Shown here piece after piece: positions 57,550 to 61,892 of a stretch of DNA of 61,892 nt. Where the stretch lies: assembly GCA_029865835.1 (NCBI GenBank), contig JARXAL010000061.1, positions 1-61,892 on the forward strand. Reading direction: 5' to 3'. The stretch is from Verrucomicrobiaceae bacterium. GTDB lineage: Bacteria; Verrucomicrobiota; Verrucomicrobiia; Verrucomicrobiales; Verrucomicrobiaceae. Every line of letters starts with the position of its first letter. The first letter of the stretch is position 1. A program made the position numbers and the translations under genes. The notes under the pieces are model-generated. The model searched no databases and was not told where the DNA came from. It saw only the letters and a list, made by a program, of their open reading frames with translations.

Positions 57550-57582
57550 AAAAAAAGCCGCGCCCTCTTACAAGGACACGGC
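57550..57582 (-). terminator. Possible weak intrinsic terminator of the HU gene
   Basis: On the minus strand: 6-bp stem GCCGTG/CGCGGC (one G-U pair), a 14-nt loop, then TTTTTTT. It lies about 30 nt downstream of the HU stop. Confidence 0.35.
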
Positions 57583-57612
57583 TCAGATTGCTTCAAAAAG
57601 CGACCGCTGGAA

Positions 57613-57891
57613 TTACAGCGAGCCTTTAAGCGCCGAGGAGGCGACGAAACGCACGGACTTGGAAGCCTTGATCTTCAGAGCTTCGCCAGTCTTTGGGTTA
57701 CGGCCAGTGCGGGCAGCGCGCTTGGCGACTTTGAACGTACCGAATCCGATCAGTTGAACCACGCCGTCTTTTTTGACAGCTTTGGCGATGGAGTCGAGCA
57801 CGGCTTCAAGAGCTTCACCAGCGGAACGCTTGGTGGCTTCTGCGCCGAGGCTTTTTTGGACGAGTTCGAGGAGTTCTGCTTTGTTTGCCAT
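57613..57891 (-). CDS. hup: HU-family DNA-binding protein
   Basis: MANKAELLELV...GFGTFKVAKRAARTGRNPKTGEALKIKASK, 92 aa from the ATG at 57891. Confidence 0.9.
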   Translation of the reverse strand: MANKAELLELVQKSLGAEATKRSAGEALEAVLDSIAKAVKKDGVVQLIGFGTFKVAKRAARTGRNPKTGEALKIKASKSVRFVASSALKGSL

Positions 57892-58035
57892 AATGTTGGA
57901 TGTGTTGTTGGTTGTTCGTTGTGGTGTTGAGACCTTCCGCAACAGTGAAACCGCGGAATTACGCTGGATTTAGAAGCCATACGCCGACATACGTCAAACC
58001 AAAAAACGCCGAAACCCTCGTAAACATTGGATTTT

Positions 58036-58599
58036 ATGATCGCCGATTCACTAATTAATTTCTTGCTTCCAGAGAAAACCCCCTCTGTAGGAAGCCAAGT
58101 ATTCATCGCTCAAGGTGCCGTGGTCGTCGGTGATGTGACCCTTCACACCCAATCCAGCATCTGGTATGGCGCTGTTCTTCGTGGCGATATCAACTCCATC
58201 CATGTCGGCTCCCGCACCAACATTCAAGACGGCGCCGTCGTCCATGTCAGTGACGACCACGCCGCCATCATTGGCGACGACGTCACCGTCGGCCACCGCG
58301 CCATCGTGCATGCCTGCAGGGTCGAAAATGAAGTCCTCGTCGGCATGGGTGCCATCCTCCTCGATGGCTGTCACATCGGCCCGGGCAGCATCATCGCTGC
58401 AGGTGCCCTCGTGCCCAAAGGCATGATCGTCCCCGAAGGCTCCCTCGTCGTCGGAACCCCCGGCCGCATCATCCGCTCTCTCACCGAAGACGAACGCGCT
58501 GCCAACCTCAAGCTCGCCGCCAAATACGTCGAAGTCTCCCGCCGCTTCACCGCCGCAGGCTACCATTCCGGCCCCCTCGTCCCCGTCTCCGCCCCCTGA
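58036..58599 (+). CDS. Gamma-carbonic-anhydrase-like hexapeptide-repeat protein (YrdA/PaaY family)
   Basis: Left-handed beta-helix hexapeptides and family motifs SIWYGAVLRGD, VGSRTNIQDGAVVH, TVGHRAIVHAC. ATG at 58036; the track TTG start is at 58027. Confidence 0.85.
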   Translation: MIADSLINFLLPEKTPSVGSQVFIAQGAVVVGDVTLHTQSSIWYGAVLRGDINSIHVGSRTNIQDGAVVHVSDDHAAIIGDDVTVGHRAIVHACRVENEVLVGMGAILLDGCHIGPGSIIAAGALVPKGMIVPEGSLVVGTPGRIIRSLTEDERAANLKLAAKYVEVSRRFTAAGYHSGPLVPVSAP

Positions 58600-58674
58600 C
58601 GAAACGCGCGCGTGTTGAAAAACTCGACACGCTCTTGCTGTTGCCATTCCTTCAGCCCCGTTTTAACTCCCGCC

Positions 58675-59382
58675 ATGAACAATGACGTCATCGAAGTCCG
58701 GGTGCGCGCCGTCCTTCCTCTCGAAGGCAGCTTCGCCGTGTTCCTCGGCACCGAAGAAAAGATCTTCGTCATTTACGTCGACGAAAGCGTCGGCACCGCC
58801 ATCTCCATGTTCATGCGCGGCGTCTCCAAAGAACGCCCCCTCACTCACGACCTCATCGGCCACCTGCTCCTCGCCTTCGGCGCCAAAGTCGACCGCGTCG
58901 TCATCAACTACCTCGAAAGCGGCGTCTTCCATGCCCGCCTCATCCTCTCCGCCGAAAATCAATTGCACGCCCGCAAGCTGATCGAAATCGACGCCCGCCC
59001 CAGCGACAGCATCGCCCTCGCCACCCACGCCGCCGCCCCCATCCTCGTCGCCCGCGAAGTCTGGGACGCCGTCGAAGATGTCTCCCATACCCTCGCCAAA
59101 ATCGAAGCCCAAGGCGCCCTCCAACCCTCCGACCTTGCTCACACCTCTCCTGACAGCGACGAGGACGACGAAGACGATCTGGATGATGACGACGAGGATG
59201 AAGACGATCTCGACGCCGAACTCTTCCCTGATGACGATGAAGACGACGACGATCTCTTCTCCGATGAGGACGACGATGACGACTTCGACGAGGATGATGC
59301 TGAGGACGAAGACGACGACTCCGACAATCCCTTCAACTTCGGTCCCGATGACGACGAAGGTGAGGAGTGGAAAAAGCAGTAG
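58675..59382 (+). CDS. Bifunctional nuclease (BFN/DUF151) domain protein with a long acidic C-terminal tail
   Basis: BFN-domain blocks [43 protein letters not shown]. The last ~75 residues are mostly Asp/Glu. Confidence 0.8.
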   Translation: MNNDVIEVRVRAVLPLEGSFAVFLGTEEKIFVIYVDESVGTAISMFMRGVSKERPLTHDLIGHLLLAFGAKVDRVVINYLESGVFHARLILSAENQLHARKLIEIDARPSDSIALATHAAAPILVAREVWDAVEDVSHTLAKIEAQGALQPSDLAHTSPDSDEDDEDDLDDDDEDEDDLDAELFPDDDEDDDDLFSDEDDDDDFDEDDAEDEDDDSDNPFNFGPDDDEGEEWKKQ

Positions 59383-59428
59383 CCCCTCTCCAGTTGCCAG
59401 CACGCCCCCGCTCGCTATCCATTGCCAC

Positions 59429-60682
59429 ATGGACCGCCGCCACTTCCTCGCCACCTCTCTCGTCTCCGCCATTGCTGGCTCACTAAGCGCCGCCGGTGGC
59501 CCCCGCCGCTTGATCCTGCGTTCCTCCTGGCAGACCGTTAACATCGGCGACATCGCCCACACCCCGGGTGTCCTCGCCCTGCTCGAAAAACACCTCCCAG
59601 ACGTCGAAGTCCGCCTCTGGCCCAGCAAAATCAACAACGGCGTCGAGGAAATGCTCCGTGCCCGCTTCCCCAAGCTCATCATCATCCAATCCGCCGCTGA
59701 CCTCAAAGCCGCCTTCGCCGAGTGCCCCTTCCTCCTCCACGGCTCAGGCCCCTCGCTCGTCGCCCAAAAAGACGTCGAACGCTGGCACACCGAAACCGGC
59801 AAACCCTACGGCATCTACGGCATCACCTTCTCCTCCCAAGGCTCCACCTCCACCCAGTCCGCCTCAGACGCCTCCATCGCCCAAACCATCCAAGTCCTCA
59901 GCGGCGCCAAGTTCGCCTTCTTCCGCGACTCTCATTCCCTCGCCCTCGCCAAAGAACGCGGCTGCACCAGCCCCCTCATGGCTTTCGGCCCGGACGGCGC
60001 CTTCGCCACCGACCTCCGCGATGACGCCGCCGCCACCGCCTTCCTCTCCCAGCACCGCCTCACCGAAGGCCAATTCCTCTGCTGCATCCCCCGCCTGCGC
60101 TACACGCCCTACTGGGTCATCCCCGAAAAAAAAGCCGCCGTCGACCCTGTCAAACACGCCCGCAACGAGGCCATGAAAGAGCACGACCACGCTCCCCTTC
60201 GTGAAGCCATCATCCGCATCACCCGCGAGACCAGCATGAAAGTCCTAGTCTGCCCGGAAGATCAAACCCAAATGGCCGTCGGCAAGGAACTCCTCATCGA
60301 CACCCTCCCTGATGACGTCAAAAAGAAGGTCGTCTGGCGCCCCAACTACTGGCTCACCGGCGAAGCCCTCAGCACCTACGTCCGCAGCGCTGGCCTCTTC
60401 GGCAACGAAATGCACAGCCCCATCATGTGCATCGGCAACGGCATCCCCGCCATCGTCTGCCGCTGGAAGGAACAAACCACCAAAGGCTACATGTGGGATG
60501 ACATCGGCCTCGGCGACTGGCTCTTCGACATGGATGACGAAGACCAAATCAAACGCATCGTCCCCACCGTCCTCACCCTCGCCACCGATCCCGCCGCCGC
60601 CCGCGCCAAAGCCGCCCAAGGCCGCGCCAACGTCGAAAAATTCCAGCGCGAAACCATGGCCGTCGTCGGACAAAACGTCTGA
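59429..60682 (+). CDS. Tat-signal polysaccharide pyruvyl transferase-family (PF04230-like) protein
   Basis: Twin-arginine leader [24 protein letters not shown]-terminal NIGDIAH motif resembling the pyruvyl-transferase N.GD signature. About 390-aa mature protein. The family call rests on motif memory only. Confidence 0.55.
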   Translation: MDRRHFLATSLVSAIAGSLSAAGGPRRLILRSSWQTVNIGDIAHTPGVLALLEKHLPDVEVRLWPSKINNGVEEMLRARFPKLIIIQSAADLKAAFAECPFLLHGSGPSLVAQKDVERWHTETGKPYGIYGITFSSQGSTSTQSASDASIAQTIQVLSGAKFAFFRDSHSLALAKERGCTSPLMAFGPDGAFATDLRDDAAATAFLSQHRLTEGQFLCCIPRLRYTPYWVIPEKKAAVDPVKHARNEAMKEHDHAPLREAIIRITRETSMKVLVCPEDQTQMAVGKELLIDTLPDDVKKKVVWRPNYWLTGEALSTYVRSAGLFGNEMHSPIMCIGNGIPAIVCRWKEQTTKGYMWDDIGLGDWLFDMDDEDQIKRIVPTVLTLATDPAAARAKAAQGRANVEKFQRETMAVVGQNV

Positions 60683-60724
60683 TTTCTTCGCACGTTCCGC
60701 ATGTCCATCGGCGTTCTCTAGCCC

Positions 60725-61892
60725 ATGAGAATCCTGCTCGCGCTCATCGCCTCTCTCACCACCTGCCTCCAGGCCGCCCCACCCAACATCATCTTCATCA
60801 TCGCCGATGACCTCGGCTGGGCCGACGTGTCCTTCCACGGCGGCAACGCCCCCACCCCCAACCTCGACAAACTCGCCGCCGAAGGCCTCGAACTCACCCA
60901 CCACTACGTCGCCCCCGTCTGCACCCCCACCCGCGCCGGCCTCATGACCGGCCGCTACTGGAGCCGCTTCGGCATCACCTCCCCCCAGTCCGAACGCGGC
61001 CTCCCCATCGACACCGTCACCCTCCCTCGAGCCCTCAAACAAATCGGCTACGATACCTGCCTCACCGGCAAATGGCACCTCGGCTCCAAACCCGAATGGG
61101 GCCCCAACCACTACGGCTTCGACCACGCCTACGGCTCCCTCGGCGGCGGCGTCGCCCCCTACAATCACCGCTACAAAGAAGGCCCCTACTCCCCCACCTG
61201 GCATCGCAATGGCGAGTTGATCGAAGAACAAGGCCACGTCACCGACCTCATCACCACCGAAGCCATCCAATGGATCGAAGCTCGCAAAAAAGACACCCCA
61301 TTCTTCCTCTACCTCCCCTTCACCGCCATCCACCTCCCCCTCAAAGAACCCCAACCCTGGCTCGACCAAGTCCCCGCCTCCATCCAGGGAGACGTCGCTC
61401 GCCACTACGCCGCCAGCATCATGCATCTCGACGACAGCATCGGCCGCCTCCTCACCACCCTCGAAAAAGCCAGGCGCCGCCAGAACACCTTCATCATCTT
61501 CACCAGCGACAACGGCGGCAGCACCGCCGAAAACAACGACCCCAAATACCCCGCCGACGACTACCCCACCGGCAAACTCACCGCCAGCAATCACCCCCTC
61601 AGAGGCCAGAAAGGCCAACTCTACGAAGGCGGCATCCGCGTCCCCACCCTCCTCAGTTGGCCCGCCGAACTCAAACCCGGCCAAATCGACACCCCCGCCC
61701 ACATCACCGACTGGATGCCCACCCTCACCGCCATCGCCGGCTGGGCACCCCCAAAGGACAAACCCCTCAAATGGGATGGCCGCAACCTCCTCCCCGTCCT
61801 CACCCTCAAAATCCAACCCGGCCCCCGCCCCCTCTACTGGGCCGCCCCCGGCTTCCGCGCCCGCGCCCTCCGCTTTGGCGACCACAAACTCA
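60725..61892 (+). CDS. Sulfatase (Cys-type); 3' end runs off the right window edge
   Basis: Absent from the ORF track because it is edge-truncated. The ATG at 60725 gives MRILLALIASLTTCLQAAPPNIIFIIADDLGWADV...CTPTRAGLMTGR. The frame appears open to 61892 (I did not translate the whole span). The 546-aa minus ORF 60245..61885 is its antisense shadow. Confidence 0.9.
   Translation, partial: MRILLALIASLTTCLQAAPPNIIFIIADDLGWADVSFHGGNAPTPNLDKLAAEGLELTHHYVAPVCTPTRAGLMTGRYWSRFGITSPQSERGLPIDTVTLPRALKQIGYDTCLTGKWHLGSKPEWGPNHYGFDHAYGSLGGGVAPYNHRYKEGPYSPTWHRNGELIEEQGHVTDLITTEAIQWIEARKKDTPFFLYLPFTAIHLPLKEPQPWLDQVPASIQGDVARHYAASIMHLDDSIGRLLTTLEKARRRQNTFIIFTSDNGGSTAENNDPKYPADDYPTGKLTASNHPLRGQKGQLYEGGIRVPTLLSWPAELKPGQIDTPAHITDWMPTLTAIAGWAPPKDKPLKWDGRNLLPVLTLKIQPGPRPLYWAAPGFRARALRFGDHKL

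Noticed and set aside
60245-61885. 546-aa minus-strand ORF rich in Gly/Ala/Glu/Asp/Val.
   Set aside because: It is exactly antisense to a clear sulfatase reading frame (CTPTRAGLMTGR) and has no motifs. This is a typical shadow ORF in high-GC DNA with C-ending codons.

Overview
This is a 61.9-kb high-GC bacterial chromosomal segment. Its gene content points to the PVC superphylum, most likely Verrucomicrobiota: five Cys-type sulfatases, two giant Pirellula/Verrucomicrobium-type membrane-bound-dehydrogenase proteins, DUF1080 proteins, BNR sialidases and a GntR+sugar-binding regulator. I saw no rRNA, tRNA, CRISPR array, transposase or integrase. All product calls come from motifs read by eye; no alignments or HMM searches were run. 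Layout: (i) 1-13454 is a tightly packed minus-strand sialoglycan-processing operon. In transcription order it encodes a NanA-like lyase, an RraA-fold protein, two GH33-type sialidases, an alpha/beta-hydrolase esterase, an FAD oxidoreductase, a BNR-propeller/FAD-oxidoreductase fusion, a beta-helix protein, a small ORF and an edge-truncated SASA sialate O-acetylesterase. (ii) 13654-25984 holds mostly housekeeping genes: a DEAD-box helicase, a GntR-type regulator, an EEP phosphoesterase, pyk, a DUF3298 protein, gmk, malQ, a D-TA-family PLP enzyme and ychF. (iii) 26145-41332 is a plus-strand island of four sulfatases, two tandem ~1300-1500-aa multidomain proteins and a DUF1080 protein. Both giant proteins combine ThuA-like, carbohydrate-binding, beta-propeller and HEAT regions, one ending in cytochrome c and the other in a cupredoxin. 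(iv) 41376-47817 encodes a cell-wall amidase, a HupE/UreJ-type transporter, a small secreted protein, rsuA-like, priA and an outer-membrane beta-barrel. (v) 48098-57405 is a type II secretion cluster (gspE, gspF, gspG-K). It is split by an antisense amidase gene and lacks a secretin. (vi) 57613-61892 encodes HU, a gamma-carbonic-anhydrase-like protein, a BFN (DUF151) nuclease with an acidic tail, a Tat-signal pyruvyl-transferase-fold protein and a fifth, edge-truncated sulfatase. The best candidates for undescribed biology are: the sulfatase/dehydrogenase/DUF1080 island, a possible periplasmic oxidative (3-keto-type) glycan-cleavage module wired to heme c and copper carriers; the exported flavoenzymes embedded in, and fused to, the sialidase machinery; a sialidase paralog with the first catalytic Arg replaced by His; and the Tat-exported pyruvyl-transferase-fold protein next to a sulfatase.
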